Source of the DNA: a virus
Length of the DNA: 64,000 bases
Direction: 5' to 3' (one strand)
IMG/VR virus record: IMGVR_UViG_3300027747_002579
Coordinates: 32,001 to 96,000 of that record
Shown here: in pieces, positions 19,853-29,946 of the stretch
Numbering within the stretch: position 1 is the stretch's first letter
Layout: the number at the start of each line of letters is the position of its first letter
Made by a program: the position numbers and the translations under genes
The notes under the pieces: generated by a model
Seen by the model: only the letters and a program-made list of their open reading frames with translations
What the model was told of the DNA's origin: nothing
Databases searched by the model: none

Positions 19853-22800
19853 ATGGCATGTATAAATCCCAACACCCCAGAATTTAAAGCAGCGTTAGAA
19901 AGAAATGGTGGCAATCCATTATTAGCTGAGATGGAATTAAGTGAGAAAGAAATTAAACCAGGAGTGGAAGAATTATTCAATTCCTCTCCTGAGTTGGCTA
20001 ATATAGGAACACAAGAACAATATTCTCAATACTTAGATAGTATATTTCCTGATAGTAAAGTAAAAGAAGTTTTATATCATATGACTTCTTATGATGGAAA
20101 AAAAGGAATAGAACAAAAAGGAAGATTTTTAAAACCTGGAGAAAAAGGTTATCAGAAAAGAGATTATGCAACTACAGGAGGTATTTATTTTACAGATAAT
20201 AATAGTTATGATGAAGATACAGAAATGTATGGTTCTCCTGTTACTGGTGCATATGGTTCAGCTTATGTATCAGCTATTCTAAATATTAAAAACCCACTCA
20301 TTGATTTAACTAAAAGTTTTGGTGATATATCTAAAACAGAATTAAAAGATAATGATGGTTTTGTAGGTACAAATGAATCAAAAGAAATTGGCGTTCTTGA
20401 ACCAGAACAAATACACATATTAGGAAATAAACAAGACATAGAAGGATTTAAAGAGTTTGTTAATAAAAAAGAAACAGCTCCTCTTCTTCAATTAGAGGAA
20501 GGACCTAAAAGCTCAAAAGCTTCCACTCAAACATTAAACAAAATAAAAGAGCTTGCTAAGAAAATAGGAGTGAGCATTCAGAGTCTTTCTGAATATGCAA
20601 AAAACAATCCTGATGTTAAAACATCTTCTATAAATGGATTGGCAGACTTAGTGAAATCAATTGTAGCAATTGCTGATGGAAAAGAAGACGTTGCTCTTAC
20701 AGAAGAAATGGTGCACATTGCTACAGCAATGATAGAGCAAACCAATCCAACATTAATTACAGAAGCTATTTCTAAGATTGATAGATTCAAAATATACAAA
20801 AAAACATTAGACGCATATAAAGATAACAAGCACTATCAACTTCCTAACGGAAAACCTGACATACGCAAAATAAAGAAAGAAGCTGTAGACAAACTAATTG
20901 TGGAAGTGATAATAAACAAATCAGAAGGCTCTACAGAATTTCCAGAATTAATGCAAGAAGAAAATGTTTCATTTGTAAGAAAACTATGGAATAGAATTAT
21001 AGATAAAATATTCTCTAAAGTGAAGGGTTCAAACATAAACATATTTGAACAAATAGGAGAAACAGTGTTAGAAGGAAACATTGAAGGACTTGCAAAAGAT
21101 AAAGGTTTGACAGGCATATATTTGCAAACAGTGTCAGATAAACAAAAAGCTGTACAAGAAAGACTATTAATAGACCAAGACAGAATAACAAAAGTTGTAG
21201 AAACTGCTTCTGTAGATCCAATGTTTTTAGACTCTGAAGACGCTAGTAATTTCTACAATATGAAAAATACAAGCGGTGTAGATGAGAGAGTGGTGAAGAG
21301 AGTGACAGACAGAGTGAAGGCTTGGTATAAGAAGAAGTTTGGAACAAAGGTGTTTAGTGAAGCAGAGAAGAAGTATAACAATATGTTAAGAGACTATGGT
21401 GTCAAAGGACACAATGATTTAGAAGAAATTCATTCTAGATTTTTTCATAAAGATGGTACACAAAAAACAACAGCTTCTCCAAGACCTTCTAAATTCAATG
21501 TAGAAAGCGAAGATATTTATTTAAAGCTTGAAGAATATTACATAGATTTAATAAAGCTTTTAAAAAAACAAAACAATGGTGTTGTTCCTCTTGTCTTCTC
21601 TGAGGTGAAGGTTTATGACCCTAAAGAAAAAGAAGCAGGAACAATAGATTTTCTAGCAATAGACTCTAATGGAAAAGGACACATCCTTGATTGGAAGTTT
21701 ATGAATATTAAAGGAGATGATGTTGCTTGGTATAAAAATGGTGCATTCGATATACAATTAGGAAGATATAAACAAATGCTTCGTGATGTTTATGGAATAA
21801 AAGAATTTGGAATGATTAGAGCAATTCCTATCTCTATGGAATTCACTCTCTCCAACCCAAGAGATGTTAAATCAGATTTGAAACTAAAAGGAATTGGTAT
21901 TGGTAGTGCTGATTCTAGAAAAATAGAAGACATTAAATTAATGCCTATTTCTGAAAAAACAGAATCTACAGGATATTCTAAATTAGACAAGCTCATAAGC
22001 AATATGAATGCTTTGATGTCTAGCTATTCAAAAAAAGAAGTGACTTCTGAAGATGATAAACAGTTTAAAATTGAAACGTTAGAGATATTAAGAAAGGCTA
22101 TAAAGGTGGCACAAGCAACCAATAACTTAGTTCCAATAATTGATGTAATTGAAAAGATTAGAATAGAAGGAGAAAAGTTGTTAAATGATTACAACAGTAA
22201 ATATAAAAATCTATCTCCTACAGACACTTCTGTCTCAAGAAGTGAAATAAATGATTTTTCAGAAAGGATGAGGTTATTTTACAATGCTTCTAATATTTTT
22301 ACAGAAACAGGAAGACAATTGTCACAACTGATTTATGAAGAAGGGATGTTGGAAAAAGCTGTTTCTCCAGAAGAGAAAAAAAATGCAACAGAAAGAAAAC
22401 AATTAGCAGATACACTAAAGAAACAATCTCAGGACATTGCAAACATGAGAGATGATATTAGAGATGAGAGTATTGTGTTTGCAGATAAACAAATAGGAAT
22501 ACGAAATCTTATAACAGGACTTCCTAGTGCAGAAGCTGTATTAAAAGGACTAGGAGCTTTCTTCAGAGGAGCTTCAGACCTTCCTAATGCAGCAATTAGA
22601 GTTTTAGTAAAATTAACTTCTTCTGCCAAAGAAATTGCAGCAAAAGAGTCTTTCGATGAAGTGGAAGAGTTGATGAAAATAAGAAAGAAGATTGTTGATA
22701 GAGGTGGAGATGTTAGATCTTTTGTAAAGAAAATCTATAGAAAGAATGAAAAGAACGAAGTGGTTAATAAGTTAATTTCTAAACATTCTCCTGAGTTCTA

Positions 22801-25273
22801 TAGTGTTATAGATGAATTGGCTGCAAAAGGAGGAGATAGAGAAAAACTATTAAATAACATAGACATAGATGTATATAGAAAGAAAGCTAAAGAGATTATT
22901 GACAAACAGGTGAAAAAAATAATGGAAGAGCGTTGGAGCTATGACGATGCTAAAGACAGTAAAGAAAAACAAAAAAGAGTGGAGGCTGTAGAAAAACTTT
23001 ATGATATAGACAATCCAAATTTCTATGGATGGAACAATTGGATAGTTAAAGGTTCTCCAGCAAATAAATGGATAACAAAAGAATATTTAGAAATACAAGC
23101 TGATGAAGATTTAAAAGCGTTGTATGAATTTATTATAAAAATAAACAATAAAGCAAAAGATGCTGGATACATAAATACAGCAGCCACTTCATTTCTACCA
23201 TTTATAAGAAAGGGAATGGCTGAAGCTCTTGCTTGGGATAGTCCTTTATCAGCTATACAAAAATGGAACGATTCTCTTACGTTAAGACCAGGAGACGTAG
23301 GGTATGGAGAATACGATGAGTTTTCAGGAAAGTTAGAGAATTCAATTCCTAAATATTACACATATGATTTTACAAGAAATGACGAAGGCGTGAATAACTT
23401 TTCTGAAGTGAGTGAAGATATTTTTAAAAATATGATAGTGTATCTTCAGCAAGTGAATAAGTATAAACATCTATCAGAAGTAGAAGAACAGTTACGACTT
23501 GTACGAGAAATAGAAGAATTTAAAGGACACATTCAAACTGATAGGTTTGGGAACGTAGTGATAGAAAACGGTAAGCCTAAAGTGATAGATGTTGAGAATT
23601 CAGAAAATACAAAACTTTATGAAAACTTTCTTAAAGTTTTATTGTATGAACAAAAATATCCACTATCTGATTCAGATATTCCATTAAACGTTGGTAAAGT
23701 GTTGAATGGTGTTAAAGATGCAATAAATTCTCTTGTAGGAAAAGAAGTGTTTAAGAAAGATGAAAACCCAAAAGCTACATCATTGATGAAAGTGATGGAA
23801 GCTGCAAATAGAGGATTTCAAGTAAAAACTTTAGCTTTAGAAATTGTTCCTGGGGCAAGTAACTTTTTTGGAGGTGTTGTACAAATTCTCACACAATCAG
23901 GAGCCTATTTTAATAAAAATGAACTTAGAAAGAATTTAGGAAAATCATTAAAACAGAAGTTTGAAAGCGAAGCAGATAAAGAAATGTTTGTTCAATTAAT
24001 CAACACGTTCATGCCTTTGAAAGATAGTCCTATTTATGAGATGTATAAAAAAGCAGGAATGAGTAGTCTTACAAGAGACAATCTTGGAGACAAGTTAATG
24101 ATCACTATGAGATTTCCTGAGCAAGTGTTAGAAGAAAGTGTATTTCTATCTTTATTAGACAATGCAATGGTAGAGAATGGAGAAATTGTAAACATACAAG
24201 ATTATGTAAAAGCTAAATATCCAAATAGATCAAATTCTTCTACAGAATGGAAAGCTGCAAATGAAGCTATTAAGAAAGAAGTGGAACTATTAAAAGAAAC
24301 AAGGTCTATAACAGCAACAAAAAAACTTGTAAATGGTAAATTAGAAATACCAGGACTTGATTTAACCAATCTATTAGAAATACAAAGACTTACAACATTA
24401 ACTAAACGCACTGTATCAAATGCTTTAGGAGGAGTTTCTGGAGAAAATGTTAATTTGGCAGGAATGAATTTGTGGACAAGTAGCATGATGTTATTTCATA
24501 ATTGGATTCCTAAATTAACAGATACACGGTTTTCTGAATTTAAAAGAGTGAGTGATGATTTTAATGTAAGAATAAATGACGATGGTGTTTCTGAAGGAGA
24601 TAGATATGATGTAGGAAGAATTAGACTTCTTCTCACTGTATTAGGAACTTCTATTAGAGATAGGTCTGCAAATGTAAGTAACATTATTGCAATGAATGAC
24701 AAAGGAGTAGAAACAATAAATGAACTATTTGAAAAATATAGAAAAGAATATGAGGATAGAACAGGACAAGTGTTGAATATGACAAAAGATGATTTTGTAG
24801 ATTTAGTGAGAAAAAATCTAAGAAATCAGTTAAAAGAATTATTAACACTAGCTATTCTATTAGGAATTATGTTCTCTTTTGGATTTATTGCTCCAGACGA
24901 TGATGATGATAAAGCTTCTAAAAATGCATTCAGACTTGCACAAAAAGTTATTAATAAATTTACAGATGAGTTGAGTTTCTTCTATAACCCAATGAATTAT
25001 GAAAAATTATTCAGCGGGTCAATGTTTCCTGCATTAGGGTTGATTTCAGACTTTGAAAGATTTATAACAAACTTCATAATGGAAATTACAGGAATTGATG
25101 TATCTCATCTAGACAGTTCTTCAGAGAAGGTGAGAAAGAAAGCACAACCAATCAAATATCTTATGAAAATGTTTCCTGTATCAAAAGCTGCATTTACATG
25201 GCTTTCTGTATTAAATTCTGATTTTGCTGAAGAGTTTGATGTTACAATACAGAAAGAAAACACAATTAGATAG
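19853..25273 (+). CDS. Multidomain ejection protein: ART-like domain, degenerate zincin, PD-(D/E)xK nuclease-like domain, C-terminal TM helix
   Basis: VLYHMT...GIYFTDN...LNIKNP...EIGVLEPEQI (ART-PolyVal-like); TEEMVH; E...AGTIDF...ILDWK...QLGRY; LLTLAILLGIMFSFGFIA. Confidence 0.7.
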   Translation: MACINPNTPEFKAALERNGGNPLLAEMELSEKEIKPGVEELFNSSPELANIGTQEQYSQYLDSIFPDSKVKEVLYHMTSYDGKKGIEQKGRFLKPGEKGYQKRDYATTGGIYFTDNNSYDEDTEMYGSPVTGAYGSAYVSAILNIKNPLIDLTKSFGDISKTELKDNDGFVGTNESKEIGVLEPEQIHILGNKQDIEGFKEFVNKKETAPLLQLEEGPKSSKASTQTLNKIKELAKKIGVSIQSLSEYAKNNPDVKTSSINGLADLVKSIVAIADGKEDVALTEEMVHIATAMIEQTNPTLITEAISKIDRFKIYKKTLDAYKDNKHYQLPNGKPDIRKIKKEAVDKLIVEVIINKSEGSTEFPELMQEENVSFVRKLWNRIIDKIFSKVKGSNINIFEQIGETVLEGNIEGLAKDKGLTGIYLQTVSDKQKAVQERLLIDQDRITKVVETASVDPMFLDSEDASNFYNMKNTSGVDERVVKRVTDRVKAWYKKKFGTKVFSEAEKKYNNMLRDYGVKGHNDLEEIHSRFFHKDGTQKTTASPRPSKFNVESEDIYLKLEEYYIDLIKLLKKQNNGVVPLVFSEVKVYDPKEKEAGTIDFLAIDSNGKGHILDWKFMNIKGDDVAWYKNGAFDIQLGRYKQMLRDVYGIKEFGMIRAIPISMEFTLSNPRDVKSDLKLKGIGIGSADSRKIEDIKLMPISEKTESTGYSKLDKLISNMNALMSSYSKKEVTSEDDKQFKIETLEILRKAIKVAQATNNLVPIIDVIEKIRIEGEKLLNDYNSKYKNLSPTDTSVSRSEINDFSERMRLFYNASNIFTETGRQLSQLIYEEGMLEKAVSPEEKKNATERKQLADTLKKQSQDIANMRDDIRDESIVFADKQIGIRNLITGLPSAEAVLKGLGAFFRGASDLPNAAIRVLVKLTSSAKEIAAKESFDEVEELMKIRKKIVDRGGDVRSFVKKIYRKNEKNEVVNKLISKHSPEFYSVIDELAAKGGDREKLLNNIDIDVYRKKAKEIIDKQVKKIMEERWSYDDAKDSKEKQKRVEAVEKLYDIDNPNFYGWNNWIVKGSPANKWITKEYLEIQADEDLKALYEFIIKINNKAKDAGYINTAATSFLPFIRKGMAEALAWDSPLSAIQKWNDSLTLRPGDVGYGEYDEFSGKLENSIPKYYTYDFTRNDEGVNNFSEVSEDIFKNMIVYLQQVNKYKHLSEVEEQLRLVREIEEFKGHIQTDRFGNVVIENGKPKVIDVENSENTKLYENFLKVLLYEQKYPLSDSDIPLNVGKVLNGVKDAINSLVGKEVFKKDENPKATSLMKVMEAANRGFQVKTLALEIVPGASNFFGGVVQILTQSGAYFNKNELRKNLGKSLKQKFESEADKEMFVQLINTFMPLKDSPIYEMYKKAGMSSLTRDNLGDKLMITMRFPEQVLEESVFLSLLDNAMVENGEIVNIQDYVKAKYPNRSNSSTEWKAANEAIKKEVELLKETRSITATKKLVNGKLEIPGLDLTNLLEIQRLTTLTKRTVSNALGGVSGENVNLAGMNLWTSSMMLFHNWIPKLTDTRFSEFKRVSDDFNVRINDDGVSEGDRYDVGRIRLLLTVLGTSIRDRSANVSNIIAMNDKGVETINELFEKYRKEYEDRTGQVLNMTKDDFVDLVRKNLRNQLKELLTLAILLGIMFSFGFIAPDDDDDKASKNAFRLAQKVINKFTDELSFFYNPMNYEKLFSGSMFPALGLISDFERFITNFIMEITGIDVSHLDSSSEKVRKKAQPIKYLMKMFPVSKAAFTWLSVLNSDFAEEFDVTIQKENTIR

Positions 25274-25305
25274 CCATATTATCTTGTATAGATTTTAGAC
25301 AGACA

Positions 25306-25334
25306 TTGTAATTCTCTATAAATAACTATTTTTG
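25306..25334 (+). promoter_or_regulatory. Putative Bacteroidota-type promoter (TTG...TATTTTTG)
   Basis: TAnnTTTG at 25327-25334, TTG 18 nt upstream, ATG 7 nt downstream. Confidence 0.5.
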
Positions 25335-25341
25335 TATTCTT

Positions 25342-26103
25342 ATGAACATTAATTGTGGTAATATTGGTTGTCCAGATATAATAGATTCTTCTTGTGTATT
25401 TTATACAGGACAGAATTTATTATACATAGGTGTTAACACTAATGATACAATACAAACTTCTCTCCAGAAGATAGATGCAAAAATACAATCTGTATTAGCA
25501 AACAGCACATTACAAGGTTCAGGAACAGCGAATAGAATAGCTAAATGGGCAGCTTCCACCAACCTGACAAATTCTAACATAACAGATGATGGCACCACTG
25601 TAACAATCACTAGTGCAGCTACAATTAGTGGAGTTTCTATTTTAAATAACATTCTCACTATTAATAAAGTGCTCCCTAGTGGTTCTACAATATTTAAAAT
25701 AAATAGTGGAGCTTCTTTTTTAGGAAGTCAATTTGAATTTCAAAACTTTCTAGATGCAGGATTATTAAAAATAGGATATTTTGGCAATGCTGGTAATAGA
25801 ATAGAAATAGATGGAGGATCAAATAACACTGCTCCCACTATAAAATTCTATGAGAAAATTGGTTCTTCAGCTCCTACATTAAATACTTGGATTAATTCTA
25901 ATACACTTGGTGGATTTACATATTTCAATGCAGGAAATTTTCTGATTGGTAAAACAACAAATGGAAATTATAAATTTGATTTGAACGGAAACATACGGGT
26001 GAGTGGAATTGTAGAATATGCATCAAACGCAGCAGCTTTATCAGCAGGACTATTAGCTGGAGCTTTCTATAGAACAGGAGAATTTTTAAAAGTGGTTTAT
26101 TAA
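25342..26103 (+). CDS. Fibre/structural protein
   Basis: Cys-rich N-terminus (CVFYTG), GSGTANRIAKW segment shared with next gene, G/N/T-rich beta repeats. Confidence 0.6.
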   Translation: MNINCGNIGCPDIIDSSCVFYTGQNLLYIGVNTNDTIQTSLQKIDAKIQSVLANSTLQGSGTANRIAKWAASTNLTNSNITDDGTTVTITSAATISGVSILNNILTINKVLPSGSTIFKINSGASFLGSQFEFQNFLDAGLLKIGYFGNAGNRIEIDGGSNNTAPTIKFYEKIGSSAPTLNTWINSNTLGGFTYFNAGNFLIGKTTNGNYKFDLNGNIRVSGIVEYASNAAALSAGLLAGAFYRTGEFLKVVY

Positions 26104-26115
26104 AAACAAAACAAA

Positions 26116-27510
26116 ATGCCAAAACAAATAGGATGGAGCAATGAGAGTAATCTCCTCTATCAAATCTCTCAACAAATAACAAGGCTAATAAATGTAACAG
26201 GTACAAATGGTGGAGGGTCTATTACAGGATCTGGTACAACAAATTACATTCCTAAGTGGACATCTTCTTCATCATTGAACAATAGTGTTATTTATCAATC
26301 CTCTACAGGTAATATAGGAATAGGCACTACAACACCTTCTCAAAAATTAGATGTTAATGGTAATGTTACAGCTACATATGTTATTGCAGTTAATGAATTT
26401 TATGGCAGCAGTATTAGAGTGAATGGGTTTTATGCAAACACAATAGCTTATATGCCATTTTACTCAAACATATCTCCTTATGGAGAAATAATGAGGGTAA
26501 ATAATAATGGTTCATTATGGATTAACAGGACAACAGATGATGGATCTGGAGCTAAGTTGCAAGTGAATGGTAATATAAGTACGCCTAATAATATTTCTTC
26601 ATTTTTAAATGCAACAACTTTTACATTAAGTAATACTTACATGGGATATGCTGGTGGTAATATACAATTTGCCAAAAGCGATTATGGAACAAGAACGATG
26701 ACCATTTTTGATTCAACAGGCAATGTTTTAATTGGAAGTGGAACATCAGAAATAAACACAGGATATAAGTTACAAGTTGATGGTGGTTTTATAAGTAGAT
26801 TAGGAGGACCAAGCTTTGCCGTTTTAAATTATATTGGTTCAGCAACTTTATATGGTGGTTATGGTGATTTTATAACAAATACTGATAATTATTTTGTAAG
26901 AGCAGACGGTTTAAATGTAGTTCATAAAATACCTTCTACTAATGGATTTATGCTATTCAACACTTCAACTGGAACTGCTATGAAATTGTTAGATAGTGGT
27001 ACTTTTTTAATCAACAGAACAACAGATGATGGAACAGGTTCAACATTACAAGTGAATGGTGGAATTTCTCAAGCTGGAGCAAATAATTATAATTATTTTG
27101 CATCAAAAGTGTTGATAGGTACAACTACTCCAAGTGCTGGATTAATGACTGTTGCAGGCGATATATACCCTAGTGCAAACAATACGTATGAATTAGGTAA
27201 AACTAATAATTTGTGGTTAGCAATAAATACATCAAATTATGTTAATTATGGTTCTACGAATTCGAATTATTTTGCATCTGAAGGACATAAATTTAATGTT
27301 GATTTTGTTTCACCAGTATTAACAATTACAAGTAATAAAAATGTATTAATAGGTACAACAGCAAATAACGGTCGAAAATTAGTAGTAGCTGGACAACAAG
27401 AATGGATAACGACAGTTGGTACTGGTGTACATACAACAAGCGGAAATCACCTTCCTATTTGGGTAAATGGTGTTCAATATTGGTTAGCATTATTAAATCC
27501 TGTAGTATAA
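26116..27510 (+). CDS. Tail (or head) fibre protein
   Basis: Repeated GNxxIGTT...KLxVxG modules; duplicated INRTTDDG...LQVNG; N-terminal KQIGWS segment. Confidence 0.75.
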   Translation: MPKQIGWSNESNLLYQISQQITRLINVTGTNGGGSITGSGTTNYIPKWTSSSSLNNSVIYQSSTGNIGIGTTTPSQKLDVNGNVTATYVIAVNEFYGSSIRVNGFYANTIAYMPFYSNISPYGEIMRVNNNGSLWINRTTDDGSGAKLQVNGNISTPNNISSFLNATTFTLSNTYMGYAGGNIQFAKSDYGTRTMTIFDSTGNVLIGSGTSEINTGYKLQVDGGFISRLGGPSFAVLNYIGSATLYGGYGDFITNTDNYFVRADGLNVVHKIPSTNGFMLFNTSTGTAMKLLDSGTFLINRTTDDGTGSTLQVNGGISQAGANNYNYFASKVLIGTTTPSAGLMTVAGDIYPSANNTYELGKTNNLWLAINTSNYVNYGSTNSNYFASEGHKFNVDFVSPVLTITSNKNVLIGTTANNGRKLVVAGQQEWITTVGTGVHTTSGNHLPIWVNGVQYWLALLNPVV

Positions 27511-27529
27511 ATTTAAATATTAAAATAAA

Positions 27530-27856
27530 ATGGTAAACATTCAACCCGTAGTTTTTCCAATTGTTGGCACGGCAACAAAACTTTCAGTGACAGTTTTAGG
27601 ATTTGCAACTAATGCAAAAACATGTGGCACTTATTATGCTTTATTGACAGACGATAATGTAAAAGTAATTGAAGGCAATTATTATCTCACTGAGGCAGAA
27701 TTTACAGCGTGGGGAGTAGATAATTCATATATCGATGACATTGTAGCATCACATTTAAATGTGGTGATTGTTCCAGAATCTATGGATGATGACGTAGTGG
27801 ATAATGGTGGAGGCGGTGTTCAATCTGCTACATTAGGTGCTCCAAACTTAAATTAA
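27530..27856 (+). CDS. Fibre-associated small protein (possible assembly chaperone)
   Basis: 108 aa directly after the fibre gene, A-rich initiation region; function inferred from position only. Confidence 0.45.
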   Translation: MVNIQPVVFPIVGTATKLSVTVLGFATNAKTCGTYYALLTDDNVKVIEGNYYLTEAEFTAWGVDNSYIDDIVASHLNVVIVPESMDDDVVDNGGGGVQSATLGAPNLN

Positions 27857-27862
27857 ATTCTT

Positions 27863-27870
27863 TATATTTG
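27863..27870 (+). promoter_or_regulatory. Putative -7 promoter element TATATTTG
   Basis: Intergenic TAnnTTTG 15 nt before ATG 27886; no clear -33 element. Confidence 0.45.
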
Positions 27871-27885
27871 TAAAAAATAAAACCA

Positions 27886-28299
27886 ATGAAAAAAAGTACA
27901 TTAACTATTTCAGATTTCTTAGCTCTTGAAGAAGAATTAACAAATGGAGAGCATTGTCTCCTTGCTCAAAAATTAGCAATGACCACTAAGTATTATTTAA
28001 ATTCTCTGTTAAATAATGTAAAAACAGAAACCACTCCTTGTAACGATATTAAAAATGAGTTGGTAAAGAAATACGGAGAAGAAAAAGATGGAAACTTTAG
28101 CATTAATGTTAAAATCAAGAATGAACAAGGGGAAGAAATTCTCAATCCAAACATGTTAAAGTTTCAAGAAGAGTTTCTTCCTGTTCTAAATATTGAAAAA
28201 GAACTAGAACACAAAGAATTTAAGATTGAAGAATTCAAAGATGTTTCTTCAGAAGGATTCTACCCAGTATTTTATAAACTATTATCTATAGAAGCATAA
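27886..28299 (+). CDS. Hypothetical acidic protein (DUF1617-like)
   Basis: 137 aa; NELVKKYGEEKDG pattern typical of small phage proteins following fibre genes. Confidence 0.5.
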   Translation: MKKSTLTISDFLALEEELTNGEHCLLAQKLAMTTKYYLNSLLNNVKTETTPCNDIKNELVKKYGEEKDGNFSINVKIKNEQGEEILNPNMLKFQEEFLPVLNIEKELEHKEFKIEEFKDVSSEGFYPVFYKLLSIEA

Positions 28300-28607
28300 T
28301 GGAAAACAATTTTAACACAGAACTATCAAAAATGGATCTACGTCTAAAAGAGATGGAAGAAAAGATTGATAATATAACTAAGAAACTTACGCAAGTGGTA
28401 GATGCTATATTAGGCAATTCTCTCACCAAAACAGGTGGATTCATTAATGATATTGAATTGTTAAAACAGAAAATAGAAATTCTAGAGAAGAAAGAATTGA
28501 ACCATGCTGAATTTAAGAAACAAGTGAATTGGACAATAGGCATCCTTGTTGCGTTAAGTTTAGTGGCTCAATATTTAATAACACTCTATTTAAATTTAAA
28601 AAAATGA
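28299..28607 (+). CDS. Coiled-coil membrane protein, putative holin/lysis accessory
   Basis: Coiled coil followed by one C-terminal TM helix; in the lysis cassette. Confidence 0.5.
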   Translation: MENNFNTELSKMDLRLKEMEEKIDNITKKLTQVVDAILGNSLTKTGGFINDIELLKQKIEILEKKELNHAEFKKQVNWTIGILVALSLVAQYLITLYLNLKK

Positions 28608-28807
28608 AATTTGGTTGGGAAGAATATTGGAAACCCACTCCTAAGAACATAAGAAAATTTGCAGATTCTGTAATTGTAGCTTGTGTCTTCTCTGGAGGAT
28701 ATGCTAGTATGAATAACAATCCTATATTAAGTACAACAATATTTATATTAGGATTTGTTTTCAAAATTATCTCTAACTTCTTTTCAGAAACTCCTACAAA
28801 TGAATAA
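28604..28807 (+). CDS. Putative holin
   Basis: 67 aa from ATG 28604 (MKFGWEEYWKPTPKNIRK), two hydrophobic segments. Confidence 0.55.
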   Translation: MKFGWEEYWKPTPKNIRKFADSVIVACVFSGGYASMNNNPILSTTIFILGFVFKIISNFFSETPTNE

Positions 28808-29375
28808 GATATTATATCTAATAATTGCGTTCTTATTGATGATTGTTTTCTTGCAAAAATGTGCAAGTGATAGAAAGACTATCACCCCACCTTCTGTAGA
28901 TACAATTATTGTATACAATACAATTAAAGACACAATTGTAGTTACACCTATTCTTCAACATTCCAGAATAGATACATTCTGGCAGAAAGAACATCCTGCT
29001 GATACAAATTGTACCAAGCTATTAGAACAATACATTGCTTTAGGAAACGAGCACTATGATACAAACATTTATGTAACACCATTTCCTATAAAATATGGAA
29101 GTGTAACAGTGACAGACACTGTTTATGCTAACAAAATATTACATACAAGTGTTTCTTATGATTTAAATATTCCTGAAACAACTATTACAAAAACCATTTT
29201 TCCTGAGAAGAAGAATGAATATTTCATCACTTCTAGCGTTGAGACATTTCCTTCTGCTTCTATAGGACTAATGATGAAGAATAAGAAAGACAACATGTAT
29301 GGACTAAAAATAGGAACTGACTTCAAAGGACATACGTTCTATGGAATAAACACAATGTGGAAAATAAAATTATAA
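28800..29375 (+). CDS. Membrane-anchored protein, possible spanin-like lysis protein
   Basis: ATG 28800 overlapping holin stop; N-terminal TM ending in LQKC; DTI repeats; precedes endolysin. Confidence 0.45.
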   Translation: MNKILYLIIAFLLMIVFLQKCASDRKTITPPSVDTIIVYNTIKDTIVVTPILQHSRIDTFWQKEHPADTNCTKLLEQYIALGNEHYDTNIYVTPFPIKYGSVTVTDTVYANKILHTSVSYDLNIPETTITKTIFPEKKNEYFITSSVETFPSASIGLMMKNKKDNMYGLKIGTDFKGHTFYGINTMWKIKL

Positions 29376-29379
29376 TATA

Positions 29380-29922
29380 ATGGCAAGAAAAATATTTGTA
29401 TCTTCAGGACATGGCGGAATTGATAAAGGTGCTTCTTCAGGACAATTTATTGAAAGAGATCTTACAATAGAATTTAGAAATCTATTAACATTAGAGCTTC
29501 AAAAACTAGGAGTGAAATGGTCTACAGATGCAGACACAAATGCTCTAAAAGAAACATTAGATTTCATAAAGGGGAAGTTTCTTCCTTCTGACATTCTATT
29601 AGACATTCATTTTAATGCAGGTGGTGGAGAAGGTGTAGAAGTGGTAATTCCTAACGTATCTTCTGCATTTGAACAAAGACTTGCTCAATCAATTGTTGAT
29701 ACAATAAGTAAATTGACAGGGTTTAAAAAGAGACAAGGAGGTGTGATTCCTGAATCTTCTACAGCACGAAAAACTCTAGGATGGATGAGACCTAATTCTG
29801 AAAACATATTAATAGAAATGTGTTTTATTGATAACAAATCAGACATGCTCACCTACCAATTAAACAAGGTTAAGATTGCTAAAGAAGTGGCAAAGGTAAT
29901 TTCTGATTTTACAAAATTATAA
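29380..29922 (+). CDS. Endolysin, N-acetylmuramoyl-L-alanine amidase (Amidase_3)
   Basis: GHGG.D.GA...E, DIHFNA and LIEMCFIDN zinc-amidase motifs. Confidence 0.9.
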   Translation: MARKIFVSSGHGGIDKGASSGQFIERDLTIEFRNLLTLELQKLGVKWSTDADTNALKETLDFIKGKFLPSDILLDIHFNAGGGEGVEVVIPNVSSAFEQRLAQSIVDTISKLTGFKKRQGGVIPESSTARKTLGWMRPNSENILIEMCFIDNKSDMLTYQLNKVKIAKEVAKVISDFTKL

Positions 29923-29946
29923 CTTCTCACTTTACAAAATATAAAA

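Noticed and set aside
317-25658. Many 60-140 aa antisense ORFs within the giant plus-strand genes
   Set aside because: Ser/Phe/Leu-rich shadows of Lys/Glu-rich sense codons, fully nested in real genes
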